Made by a program: the position numbers and the translations under genes. A stretch of DNA of 32,000 nt from Aminithiophilus ramosus (GTDB lineage: Bacteria; Synergistota; Synergistia; Synergistales; Aminithiophilaceae): assembly GCF_018069705.1 (NCBI RefSeq), contig NZ_CP072943.1, positions 1,581,453 through 1,613,452 of the forward strand. The letters run 5' to 3'. The notes beneath the pieces are model-generated. The model saw only the letters and a list, made by a program, of their open reading frames with translations, was not told the DNA's origin and searched no databases. How positions within the stretch are numbered: the first letter of the stretch is position 1; every line of letters starts with the position of its first letter. This document shows positions 9,507 to 19,847 of this stretch, piece by piece.

Positions 9507-10244
9507 TCAGGAGCCGCCCACTCGCGATGCCAGCCCCAAGACCTCGACGTCAAGGCGGGTCACCCCCTGCCTTCTGATGCCGAGAGCCTCTGCAGCACCG
9601 AGAGAGATGTCGAGAAGCCGTCCCTTATGTCCCTTGAAACGGTCACAGATCCTGACGACGACCTTCTTCCCCGTGCGGGGATGCGAGAGGCGCACGAGAG
9701 TGCCGAAGGGGAGATCGACGGATGCCGCCGTCAGCTGTCGGTCATCGAAGGTCTCGCCGCTGGCCATCCTGCGCCCCTGCCAGCCGTTCCCTCCGTACCA
9801 GGAGACCCTTCCCTCCGTCTGAGTCTTCCCTCCCAGCGTTGGTCGGTCATGAGGCACGGGTGAGAGACGCATCAGAGCCTCCATGAGATTGGAGAGCCAT
9901 TGGGCGGCCAGAGTCTTTCCTTTGGAACGGTGAAATCGGCAGGCTTGAGCCGTCAGCGGCAGCAGAAGCTGGCCGGCCAGGGACAGGTGCCAGCGGTCGC
10001 CTTTACCTTCGATGCGCAGGGCGCTGAGCGGGAATCCCTTTTTGTAGTGGCTGTCGAAACGGCGGGACAGGTCATTCAGCTCGCCCTTCATGGACTCGGG
10101 AAAGGTGGCGATGACGATTCCTCCCACCGTCCAGGCCAAGGCTTTACCCCTCTCCTGAATCTGGGAGGGATAGGCCTCGCCCGATGTCGCCGCAAGGACA
10201 ACAAGAAGAAGGAGAGCAAACAAAAGGCGCCGCCCCTGCCGCAT
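9507..10244 (-). CDS. Secreted RlpA-like double-psi beta-barrel (DPBB) protein
   Basis: Signal peptide MRQGRRLLFALLLLVVLAATSGEA. C-terminal part reads GRVSWYGG..GRRMASGETFD...AAS..LPFGTLVRL.....GKKVVVRICDR, typical of RlpA. The N-terminal ~130 aa are unassigned. Confidence 0.8.
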   Translation of the reverse strand: MRQGRRLLFALLLLVVLAATSGEAYPSQIQERGKALAWTVGGIVIATFPESMKGELNDLSRRFDSHYKKGFPLSALRIEGKGDRWHLSLAGQLLLPLTAQACRFHRSKGKTLAAQWLSNLMEALMRLSPVPHDRPTLGGKTQTEGRVSWYGGNGWQGRRMASGETFDDRQLTAASVDLPFGTLVRLSHPRTGKKVVVRICDRFKGHKGRLLDISLGAAEALGIRRQGVTRLDVEVLGLASRVGGS

Positions 10245-10248
10245 CTGT

Positions 10249-11391
10249 TCAACCTCCCCTACGGATCGTCGCCAGAGCGTGACATTCCATCGAGGCGCCG
10301 GAGCCCACCGATCCCACCTTCTCGCCCGATTTCACTTTGATGTTGAATCGTGGCTCCTCTTCCCTGTCGAAAAGCTCGCCCATCCTGTCTCTTACCGAGG
10401 CGAGGCAGGAACCAAGGCGGGGGATCTGGGCATGCAGCGTCACATCGACCCAGAGAATATCCCATCCTTCGGCGACGACGCGGAGGAGCACCTGGCGAAG
10501 CAGTTCATAGCTGTCGGCGTCCCGATAGCGCTCCTCCGAGGCGGGGAAGAGGGTCCCCAGGTCGGGAAGTCCCGCGGCGCCGAGAAGGGCATCGGAGACG
10601 GCGTGGCAAACGATATCGGCATCGGAATGGCCATCCAGCCCGAGGGGGGCCTCGACGCGAACGCCGCCCAGGAAGAGAGCTCTGCCGGGCACAAGAGGGT
10701 GTACGTCGAAGCCGTGCCCCGTCCGCACCGTAACCGGCTTGGCCGCCAGGGCTCGAGCGATCTTCCAGTCCGCCTCATCTGTTATCTTGAAATTCATGCG
10801 ATCTCCCTCCACCGTTGAAAGGCCTCCCCCGCTTTCCAGCCAGGCCTCGGCCTCGTCGAGAAAGGTCGCGCCCTCCCCGAGAACATTGAGAAGGGGCCTG
10901 CGGGGGAAGGCCTGCGGAGTCTGGGTTGCCCGGACGGTTCCCCTGTCCAGAGAGACGGGGCCGCTTTTCGTCTGAATCTTGAGGGCATCGTTGACGGGAC
11001 AGAGGGGGATGGCGCCGTGTCGTTCCGTCGTCGCCGCCATGAGGCGGCGACAGAGACCGGGAGAGAGGAAGGGGCGGGCCCCGTCGTGAACGAGAACAAA
11101 GGCTCCGCTGGCGGCTGAGAGCCCCGAGCGAACGGAATCGGTCCGCGTCGTCCCTCCTGCGACGCAACGAAGGGGCATCGTCAGAAAGGATCGATCGAAG
11201 AGCTCCTCCTGGCCGGACGGAACGACGAGGACCAGTTCGGCGATTTCACCTGCGTCGAAAAGGACCTGGGCGCAGCGAGCGCTCCAGGTCCAGAGGGGGG
11301 AACCTCCAAGCAAACGGAGCTGTTTGGGCGTGCCGCCCAGGCGAAGTCCCTTGCCTCCAGCCACGATGACAAAGGACCAGGAGGATTTCAT
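10249..11391 (-). CDS. ispDF: Bifunctional IspD/IspF (MEP cytidylyltransferase / MEcPP synthase)
   Basis: N-terminal VIVAGGKGLRLGG..PKQ (IspD) and C-terminal RTGHGFDVHPL...GHSDADIVCHAVSDALLGA (IspF) in one ORF. Confidence 0.9.
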   Translation of the reverse strand: MKSSWSFVIVAGGKGLRLGGTPKQLRLLGGSPLWTWSARCAQVLFDAGEIAELVLVVPSGQEELFDRSFLTMPLRCVAGGTTRTDSVRSGLSAASGAFVLVHDGARPFLSPGLCRRLMAATTERHGAIPLCPVNDALKIQTKSGPVSLDRGTVRATQTPQAFPRRPLLNVLGEGATFLDEAEAWLESGGGLSTVEGDRMNFKITDEADWKIARALAAKPVTVRTGHGFDVHPLVPGRALFLGGVRVEAPLGLDGHSDADIVCHAVSDALLGAAGLPDLGTLFPASEERYRDADSYELLRQVLLRVVAEGWDILWVDVTLHAQIPRLGSCLASVRDRMGELFDREEEPRFNIKVKSGEKVGSVGSGASMECHALATIRRGG

Positions 11392-12539
11392 TTGGGAACC
11401 TCCCGTCGGATTCTCCCGAAAACCATCCGTCCCGCCGAAGTCTGAAGCATGGAGGTGACGGTCACATCGACGCGACGACCGATGTGAGAACGCCCCTCCT
11501 CGACGACGATCATCGTTCCATCGTCGAGATAGCCCACGCCCTGAAGCGGCTCTTTGCCCTCCCTGATGAGATCGACGATGACCGTTTCTCCGGGCAGAAG
11601 CATCGGCTTGAGGGCATTGGAGAGATCGTTGACGTTGAGAACGTCGACGCCGTCGATCTGGGCCAATTTGTTGAGGTTGTAATCCGTCGTCATGACTTTG
11701 CCGCCGATCTGGCGAGCCAGAGCGATGAGCCCCTCGTCGACGGATTCCACCTGGAGCTGCCTGAGGGGAATCTCGACGATCTCCACCTGGACGTTCTCGA
11801 TCTTCTGAAGGCTGTTGACGACGTCGAGGCCTCTCCGTCCCCGGCTCCGCCGGACGGAATCGGAGGAATCGGCGACAGACTGAAGCTCGAGAAGGACGAA
11901 ACGGGGCAGGACGAGCGATCCCTCCAGAAACCCCGTCTGGGCTACGTCGAGGATGCGGCCGTCGATGAGCACGCTCGTATCGAGGATCTTGAGATTACAT
12001 CGTCCGCCGCCGACGACCTCCTCTCCCCTGCCCACCTGTACCTGTCTCGGCCCGCGCAGCCGGATCCGCTCCTTGAGACCGCCGATGGTGCTCCACATGC
12101 CTTGGATCTCTTCCCGCCTCTTAAGAAAAAGCCTTATGCCGATATAGCCCAAGACCACGTTGAGCAGGACGGCAATGTAGCTTCCGATGGCAGGAAGATC
12201 GGCAAAGGGAAGGGCCACCAGATTGGCCACGAGCAATCCCACGATCAGGCCCAGGATGGCCACGGAGAGATCTTGCCAGCTCAGGAATTGAAGGTGGTGC
12301 TCGAAGAGGAGACCTATAAAGCCGAGGCTCTTTATGAAATAGGGAGTCAACAGGTAGCCCATGCCCCCCAACACCAGGACGCAAAGGCCGTTCAGAACCA
12401 GGACATGCAGCATCGACGTCCAGGGAAGCCACCCCTCGGAAACGACCCAGCGCGCGACCTGATAGCCGGCGATTCCACCCAGCAGCGCCAAAAGACCTCG
12501 CGCCGCGCCAAAGACGATTTTCCCAAATCCTTCGGCCAT
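11388..12539 (-). CDS. Membrane-anchored PIN/TRAM domain protein (YacL-like)
   Basis: Four hydrophobic N-terminal segments, a PIN region (KILDTSVLIDGRI) and a C-terminal TRAM-like region (GRRVDVTVTSMLQTSAGRMVFGR). ATGA overlap with ispDF, as in the Bacillus yacL-ispD-ispF arrangement. Confidence 0.8.
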   Translation of the reverse strand: MAEGFGKIVFGAARGLLALLGGIAGYQVARWVVSEGWLPWTSMLHVLVLNGLCVLVLGGMGYLLTPYFIKSLGFIGLLFEHHLQFLSWQDLSVAILGLIVGLLVANLVALPFADLPAIGSYIAVLLNVVLGYIGIRLFLKRREEIQGMWSTIGGLKERIRLRGPRQVQVGRGEEVVGGGRCNLKILDTSVLIDGRILDVAQTGFLEGSLVLPRFVLLELQSVADSSDSVRRSRGRRGLDVVNSLQKIENVQVEIVEIPLRQLQVESVDEGLIALARQIGGKVMTTDYNLNKLAQIDGVDVLNVNDLSNALKPMLLPGETVIVDLIREGKEPLQGVGYLDDGTMIVVEEGRSHIGRRVDVTVTSMLQTSAGRMVFGRIRREVPK

Positions 12540-12603
12540 TCCCCCACCTCCTCGATGATTCGATCTCCGGCCGATTTTGCACTCCTCCCTTCAGGGGACG
12601 GCC

Positions 12604-13215
12604 TCACAAATCCTCCCGTTTGACCTCTCTTCTCGCATCCATAGCGGCCCGCAGAGTCACCCGATCGGCGAATCCGATGCTTCCCCCCACGGGAAGGCCG
12701 TAGGCCAGACGGGAAACGCGGATCGTCAGGGGACGGAGGGCTTCGAGGACGGCATAATAGGTCATATCACCCTCGATACGCGGGCTCGTGGCGAGGATCA
12801 CCTCTTTGAACTTTCCCCTCTCGAGGCGCCCCGCCAAACGGCCCAGGGCCTCAGGAGGCAACTCCTCTCCGTCCAGAGGAGATATGCGACCGCCGAGGAC
12901 GTGGTACAGCCCGTTATGAACGCCCGACTGTTCCAGGCTGATGAGGTCCTCGGCCGTCTCGACGACGCAAAGCGTCTCCCTTTCCCGCAGGGGATCGCGA
13001 CAGACGGAGCAGGGATCGATGTCGGTCAGATTGCCGCACTCGGGACAGGGATGCAGACTCTCGCGAAGGGTCACAAGAGCTCGCGCCAACTCCCGAGTCC
13101 AGCTCTGAGGCTGTTGCAGCAGGTACAGAGCCATGCGGCGGGCGCTTTTCTCTCCCACTCCGGGGAAACGCCCCAGAAGGCCCGTCAGTTTCTCCAGGGG
13201 TTCGGGAAGGGACAA
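12604..13215 (-). CDS. recR: Recombination protein RecR
   Basis: HhH motif (FPGVGEKSARRMA), a Cys4 zinc finger (CPECGNLTDIDPCSVC) and a Toprim region. TTG start. Confidence 0.9.
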   Translation of the reverse strand: MSLPEPLEKLTGLLGRFPGVGEKSARRMALYLLQQPQSWTRELARALVTLRESLHPCPECGNLTDIDPCSVCRDPLRERETLCVVETAEDLISLEQSGVHNGLYHVLGGRISPLDGEELPPEALGRLAGRLERGKFKEVILATSPRIEGDMTYYAVLEALRPLTIRVSRLAYGLPVGGSIGFADRVTLRAAMDARREVKREDL

Positions 13216-13227
13216 GGTCAGGGCCGC

Positions 13228-13536
13228 CTAAAAAAGGTTCGGCATGCCCAGGCCGCTCGTCAACTGTCCCATGCGATCGTTCGAAAGCTCGCGGGAAGCT
13301 CGAATCGCTTCGTTGACGGCGGCCAGAATCAGGTCCTCGAGCATCTCCACTTCCTTGGGGTCGACAACTTCCGGATCGACATGAACGGCGACGATATCTC
13401 CCTTGCCGTCGGCCACCGCCTTGACCATCCCGCCGCCGGCAAGTCCCTCGACGCGCTCCCTGGCCAGATCTTCCTGAACCCGCGCCATTTGGGCCTGCAT
13501 TTTCTGGGCCTGCTTGAGAAGCTTATCCATTTTCAT
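13228..13536 (-). CDS. ybaB: YbaB/EbfC nucleoid-associated protein
   Basis: 102 aa reading MDKLLKQAQKMQAQMARVQEDL...GGGMVKAV..G. Canonical partner upstream of recR. Confidence 0.9.
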   Translation of the reverse strand: MKMDKLLKQAQKMQAQMARVQEDLARERVEGLAGGGMVKAVADGKGDIVAVHVDPEVVDPKEVEMLEDLILAAVNEAIRASRELSNDRMGQLTSGLGMPNLF

Positions 13537-13579
13537 CGGTCCATACCTCCTGAAAGAACTAAAAGAATGGTCGAGCGGG

Positions 13580-14041
13580 TCAATGATGGTACGAGGTGCC
13601 GAGACGAATCATGACAGCCCGATACAGTTGCTCCGCGACGAAAAGCAGAGCCAACTCGTGGGTCAAGGTCATGGGCGAAAGAGAGAGCAGGGCATCGGCC
13701 CTGCGCCTGAGATCTTGCCCGACACCGTAGGCACCTCCCACGACGAAGACTATTTTCCCCGAAACGTCCTCCAGCCGACTATAGAACCATCGAGAAAAGG
13801 CGGGGCTGTCCATCATCGCCCCCCTTTCGTCGAGAAGAACGACGAAATCCCGCTCCCCAAGGGCCTTGAGAATCCGCCGCGTCGAGTCATCCCTGCTCGA
13901 TGAGGCATTCAGTCCTTTCGTCTCGGGAAGCTGGACCCACTCAAGGGGGAGGTGGCGCTCGACGCGCTTGAGGTATTCCCTCACTCCCTGAACGACGAAA
14001 GGCTCCTTCAGCTTCCCCACAGAAAAGAGGGAAAGCTTCAT
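13580..14041 (-). CDS. rlmH: 23S rRNA (pseudouridine1915-N3)-methyltransferase RlmH
   Basis: 153 aa SPOUT-family protein (FVVGGAYGV, LSLSPMTLTHELALLFVAEQLYRA). Confidence 0.9.
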   Translation of the reverse strand: MKLSLFSVGKLKEPFVVQGVREYLKRVERHLPLEWVQLPETKGLNASSSRDDSTRRILKALGERDFVVLLDERGAMMDSPAFSRWFYSRLEDVSGKIVFVVGGAYGVGQDLRRRADALLSLSPMTLTHELALLFVAEQLYRAVMIRLGTSYHH

Positions 14042-14223
14042 GAGCTCTCCACTTTAGTGACCGCTTTCCGGAGAAGGTAGGGCTCCATCAAAAGCTTTTT
14101 CCCGCAGCCAAGACACTCGATCTCGACTTCAGCACCGAGACGAACGACTCGCCACTGGCGGCTTCCGCAGGGATGAGGTTTGCGGAGACGAAGGATCATT
14201 CCGGGCTCCAGGCGCTCTTCCAT
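14038..14223 (-). CDS. DUF951 family small protein
   Basis: 61 aa reading MEERLEPGMILRLRKPHPCGSRQWRVVRLGAEVEIECLGCGKKLLM, the DUF951 pattern (HxCG...W...R.GaD/E..i.C..Cg). ATGA overlap with rlmH. The rest of ORF 14038..14931 is rejected. Confidence 0.7.
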   Translation of the reverse strand: MEERLEPGMILRLRKPHPCGSRQWRVVRLGAEVEIECLGCGKKLLMEPYLLRKAVTKVESS

Positions 14224-14290
14224 CAGCGTCAACGGAGAGTCACTCCCTCTCTGCTGCGGCCCAGGAGAGGACGACGTCCACGTCGCCCTC

Positions 14291-16009
14291 TCACGCCCGT
14301 CTCCCATAGAGCCCGAGACGGGTGGCGACGACGAGAGAGACGAAAAGAGGAAGATGACAGACACGGCTCCACCGCCAAGGCTCCTGAAGGGTCCGGTAGA
14401 GCCACTCCAGTCCGAGATCCTGCCAGATTCGAGGGGCCCGCCTGAGATTCCCCGAGAGGACATCGAAAGAGCCTCCCACCCCGACGAGTACGAGAGGGGC
14501 GAGGCGATCTCGGTTTCTGGCGATCCAGGCCTCCTGGCGAGGCACACCGAGCCCGACGAAAAGGATCCTTGCCCCGGACTCGACGATCGCCCGGACAAGA
14601 GCGTCTTCGTCCTCGGCTCCTCCATAGCCGTCCGCCGTTCCCCGAACATCAAGGCCGGGATAGCGGAAAGCCAGGCGTTTCGCTGCCTCGGCGGCCACGC
14701 CGGGCCTGCCCCCCATGAAGTAGAGAGGAAGAGCCTCGGCCGACGCCGATCGACAGAACTGCTCCAAAAAATCGATACCCGTGATGCGCTGTTGGACGGG
14801 GCATCCCAGGAAACGCAGTGCCCAGACGAGCCCACGCCCGTCGGGAAGGACCAGAGAGGCCCTGCTGATCCATTCTCGAAAATCCCCGTCACGGAGAGTG
14901 CGCAAGGCGGAGAGGGCATCGAGGGTGGCAATGTGCTCCGACCGCTCTCCGTAACGCGCCCACGAAAGGGCCCTGCCGAGTGCGAAGGGAAGCGAGACGT
15001 TGTCGACTTCGACTCCCCAAAGGGATGAACGACGCCCCGGTGCGGAGGTGTTTCGGGAAAAGGCCCCCTGAATGACGAGGACGAGAAGAAGGGTGACGAA
15101 AAGACCGGCCGCCAGCCGCAGGGGGGACGAAAGCTCCATCTGCAGAAGAGCGACGGAAACTCCGACGGAGGCGCAGGTTGCCGCCGTCATCCTGACTGCC
15201 CTGGGGTGATTGATGCCCCTGCCCACGAGACGGTGATAGAGAGAGATCTCCCCCATTTCAGCCAGGGGCATGAAACGGGAACAGACCGTCAGAGAAATCT
15301 CCAAAAGGGGCAGTGCGAAAAGCCCCAACGGAAGCATCATCAGGGCGGTAAAAGTAATTCCCTTGCTCACGCCTAAAATCGAAAGTCCCGCGAGGAAGAC
15401 GCCCCAAAAACCGCAGAGGGACTCGCCCAGCGTCCGGTAACTATGCCCGTGGCGACTCCAGAAGACCGTCAGAAGGGAGATCCCGCAGAGACCGAGGAAA
15501 AAGGCCTCCGGAAGGAACTGGCCACTGAAGGCCGTGACAAGAAGCATCAGGGCCAAAGAGACGGCGACCATGTGCCCCGCCAACCCTCCGACGCGGTCGA
15601 GCTGGCGAAGGACGAGAGGAAAAAGTCCCACCCAAAGGGAGGTGGCCACGACAGACGCCAGAGGAGAGAGGTAGTGCAGGGAGCCGGGCAGACCGATGAA
15701 ATCGATGCCGGGCCCCTCTAAGGCCAGCAGGAGTCCCACCAGAAAATAGCAGGGCCAAAGAGGAAGCCGATAGAGGGAAATGGCGAGTCCCACTCCGGAA
15801 GCGAGGAAGGCACAGAGAGCCACCGCCTGGACAAGGACGTTGCCGGACCAGAGGCTCGCCACGGAAAGGACGAAAACGAGTCCCAAATCGCGCAGATAAT
15901 CATATTGCTCCGCGCTGAGGTGCCTTTTCAGCCCCTTTTCGGCAAAGAAACAGACCAGAAAGAGCAGGACGGCCAAAACCAAACCGGTCCTATAGGCATC
16001 GAATGCCAT
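14291..16009 (-). CDS. Polytopic membrane GT4 (WecA/MraY-like, degenerate motifs) fused to a WecG/TagA/CpsF-family glycosyltransferase
   Basis: 572 aa. The N-terminal ~330 aa are multi-TM with WecA-like remnants (LDRVGGLAGH, LGESLCGFWG, SLYHRLVGRGINHPRAV). The C-terminal ~240 aa are a clear WecG/TagA domain (FMGGRPGVAAEAA..., FVGLGVPRQEAWI, VGVGGSFD, LEWLYRTLQEP). Confidence 0.8.
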   Translation of the reverse strand: MAFDAYRTGLVLAVLLFLVCFFAEKGLKRHLSAEQYDYLRDLGLVFVLSVASLWSGNVLVQAVALCAFLASGVGLAISLYRLPLWPCYFLVGLLLALEGPGIDFIGLPGSLHYLSPLASVVATSLWVGLFPLVLRQLDRVGGLAGHMVAVSLALMLLVTAFSGQFLPEAFFLGLCGISLLTVFWSRHGHSYRTLGESLCGFWGVFLAGLSILGVSKGITFTALMMLPLGLFALPLLEISLTVCSRFMPLAEMGEISLYHRLVGRGINHPRAVRMTAATCASVGVSVALLQMELSSPLRLAAGLFVTLLLVLVIQGAFSRNTSAPGRRSSLWGVEVDNVSLPFALGRALSWARYGERSEHIATLDALSALRTLRDGDFREWISRASLVLPDGRGLVWALRFLGCPVQQRITGIDFLEQFCRSASAEALPLYFMGGRPGVAAEAAKRLAFRYPGLDVRGTADGYGGAEDEDALVRAIVESGARILFVGLGVPRQEAWIARNRDRLAPLVLVGVGGSFDVLSGNLRRAPRIWQDLGLEWLYRTLQEPWRWSRVCHLPLFVSLVVATRLGLYGRRA

Positions 16010-16064
16010 CGACTATCGGCAACCTCCTCGTCGTTGAACGATTGCGTTCGCTCCTTTGACGGTT

Positions 16065-16073
16065 ATTGTACCA
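16065..16073 (-). promoter_or_regulatory. Possible extended -10 element upstream of the GT fusion gene
   Basis: Minus strand reads TGGTACAAT (TGn plus TACAAT) in the 93-nt serS/GT spacer. There is no good -35. Confidence 0.3.
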
Positions 16074-16102
16074 TGTCTCAGTCATGATAACCGCCTGAAG
16101 GG

Positions 16103-17392
<1,290 letters not shown>

Positions 17393-17878
17393 CTAGGCCT
17401 CCTCCGTGGTGCCCGCTCTGATGTTGCGCAGCAGATCGGCCATCTCCAGGGCGGCCAGGGCGGCCTCCGCCCCCTTGTTGCCGGCCTTGCTCCCGGCACG
17501 CAGAAGGGCCTGCTCCAGACTGTCGCAGGTGAGGACGCCGAAGGCGACGGGGACGCGCTGTTCCAGACCGATATGGGCGATGCCCTTCGCGACCTCAGCC
17601 GAAACGTAGTCGAAATGCGGCGTATCGCCGCGAATGACGGCGCCGATGGCGACGATGGCATCGTAGCGCCCCGTGAGTGCCATCTCCTTGGCGACGAGAG
17701 GGATCTCCCAGGCACCGGGAACCCAGCAGACATCGATGTCCTGATGACGCACACCATGACGGGCGAGAACATCCTTGACGCCTTCGAGAAGGCGCGACGA
17801 AATAAGGTCGTTGAAACGGGAGGCGACGACGACAAAGCGCAGCCCCGTTCCGATCAACTTTCCTTGAAATATTTTCAT
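17393..17878 (-). CDS. ribH: 6,7-dimethyl-8-ribityllumazine synthase
   Basis: 161 aa ([35 protein letters not shown]). Confidence 0.95.
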   Translation of the reverse strand: MKIFQGKLIGTGLRFVVVASRFNDLISSRLLEGVKDVLARHGVRHQDIDVCWVPGAWEIPLVAKEMALTGRYDAIVAIGAVIRGDTPHFDYVSAEVAKGIAHIGLEQRVPVAFGVLTCDSLEQALLRAGSKAGNKGAEAALAALEMADLLRNIRAGTTEEA

Positions 17879-17914
17879 TTCATTGTCTCCTTTCGGAATG
17901 AAAAAGCGGACCTC

Positions 17915-19159
17915 TCAGCCGATCAGGTCCTTGAGGTGGATCATATGGCCCATTTTTTCCCTTTTCGTGTCGAGGTAGCGTTCGTTGTAGGGATTGGCCT
18001 CAATCTCGAGAGGAACGCGGTCGACGATGTCGATGCCGTACCCCGCGAGGCCGATGACCTTTCTGGGATTGTTGGTGAGAAGACGGACGTGGCGTAATCC
18101 CAGATCGGCCATGATCTGAGCCCCGACGCCGTAGTCGCGGAGATCGGGGGCGAAGCCCAGGGCGACGTTGGCCTCGACGGTGTCGAGGCCCTTTTCCTGA
18201 AGTTCGTAGGCCTTCAGCTTGGGAAGAAGCCCTATGCCTCGTCCCTCCTGACGCATGTAGATCAGCACGCCTCGCCCTTCCGTTTCGATGCTCTTCATGG
18301 CCCGATGGAGCTGAGGGCCGCAGTCGCAGCGAAGAGAGCCGAAGACGTCGCCTGTGAGGCACTCCGAGTGAACCCGGACGAGAACGGGCTCCTCGCCGCC
18401 GATGTCGCCCTTGACGAGGGCCATGTGAAGATAGTCGCCGGCCTCGTCGAGGATGAAACGGTAGGCGTGGGCGACGAAAGTGCCGTACTCCGTCGGGAGC
18501 TGGACGGTCGAAACGCGTTCGACGAGACGGTCCTGGCGGTGGCGGTAACGGATCAGATCGGCGATGGAGATGATCTTGAGCCCATGCGTTTCGACGAAGC
18601 GGGCCAAGTCGTTGAGGCGGGCCATGGTGCCGTCTTCGTTCATCACTTCGCAGATGACGCCGGCCGGACGAAGGCCGGCGAGACGTGCCAGGTCGACGGC
18701 GGCCTCGGTGTGCCCGGCCCTCTTGAGAACGCCGCCCTTCCTGGCGATGAGAGGAAAGATATGGCCGGGGCGGCGGAAATCTTTCGGTTTCGATGTCGGA
18801 TCGGAGAGAAGGCGGGCTGTCAGGGCGCGCTCCGCCGCCGAGATGCCCGTCGTCGTCCCCTCCGAGGCATCGACGGAGACGGTGAAAGCCGTACAGTGGC
18901 GGTCCGTGTTGTCGTCGACCATGAGACAGAGACCGAGGCGACGGGCCTGATCTTCGGCGAGAGGAGCGCAGACGAGACCTCGGGCATGCGTCGCCATGAA
19001 GTTGATCGATTCGGCCGTCGCCTTTTCCGCGGCCATGAGAAGATCTCCCTCGTTCTCCCGATCCTCGTCGTCGACGACGACGATCATTTTCCCCTGTCGG
19101 ATGTCCTCCAGGGCCGATTCGATCGTGCTGAAGAGATCTTGCTCCATCTGTTCGGACAA
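17915..19159 (-). CDS. ribBA: Bifunctional DHBP synthase / GTP cyclohydrolase II
   Basis: 414 aa with [11 protein letters not shown] (RibB) and [17 protein letters not shown] (RibA). Confidence 0.95.
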   Translation of the reverse strand: MSEQMEQDLFSTIESALEDIRQGKMIVVVDDEDRENEGDLLMAAEKATAESINFMATHARGLVCAPLAEDQARRLGLCLMVDDNTDRHCTAFTVSVDASEGTTTGISAAERALTARLLSDPTSKPKDFRRPGHIFPLIARKGGVLKRAGHTEAAVDLARLAGLRPAGVICEVMNEDGTMARLNDLARFVETHGLKIISIADLIRYRHRQDRLVERVSTVQLPTEYGTFVAHAYRFILDEAGDYLHMALVKGDIGGEEPVLVRVHSECLTGDVFGSLRCDCGPQLHRAMKSIETEGRGVLIYMRQEGRGIGLLPKLKAYELQEKGLDTVEANVALGFAPDLRDYGVGAQIMADLGLRHVRLLTNNPRKVIGLAGYGIDIVDRVPLEIEANPYNERYLDTKREKMGHMIHLKDLIG

Positions 19160-19181
19160 TTGGAATCCCTCCCAAGGCTCT

Positions 19182-19847
19182 TTAAGATAGCCAGCCCAAC
19201 TCGCGTAGAGCCTCTTCCGTCAGAGGGACCGGGGCCTGGCTCTCTTCCGCCCCGCTCCTGACGCCAAGCATGCGCCGCACGTATTTGGCTAAAACGTCGG
19301 TCTCTATGTTCACCTTATGGCCCTCGGCGAGATCGGCCAAAGTCGTCTCTTTTTGCGTCGTCGGGATGAGACCGACGGAAAACCCCCCTGTGTCGACGTC
19401 GATGACGGTGAGGCTCACTCCGTCGACGGCCACGGAGCCCTTGGGGATGACCTCCACGAGGGGCCGCTCTTCGAGATCCACCCAAAGGCGGGCGGAAAAG
19501 AGGCCGGCACGGTCCACGCGTCGCACCGTGCCGACGGAATCGACGTGTCCCTGGACGATGTGACCGTCAAGACGGGCCTGAAGGGAAAGAGCCCTCTCCA
19601 GATTGAGGCGGGCTCCAGGCCGCAGAGCGCCCAGTCGGGTCCGCTGCACCGTCTCGGCCATCATCTCCACGAAAAAACGCGTTTTCCCCTCCTCCACGAC
19701 GGTGAGGCAAGCGCCGCTGACCGCCACGGACTGGCCGAAGCGAAGGTGCGGGGCCATCCCGGGAGCCTCGATTTCCAGTAAGGTCATACCCGTCCGGGGA
19801 CGGGAGGAGACGAGACGCCCCACTTCCTCGATCAGGCCGGTAAACAT
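19182..19847 (-). CDS. ribE: Riboflavin synthase alpha chain
   Basis: Starts [10 protein letters not shown] and has the duplicated lumazine-binding repeat ([11 protein letters not shown] / [11 protein letters not shown]). Confidence 0.9.
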   Translation of the reverse strand: MFTGLIEEVGRLVSSRPRTGMTLLEIEAPGMAPHLRFGQSVAVSGACLTVVEEGKTRFFVEMMAETVQRTRLGALRPGARLNLERALSLQARLDGHIVQGHVDSVGTVRRVDRAGLFSARLWVDLEERPLVEVIPKGSVAVDGVSLTVIDVDTGGFSVGLIPTTQKETTLADLAEGHKVNIETDVLAKYVRRMLGVRSGAEESQAPVPLTEEALRELGWLS

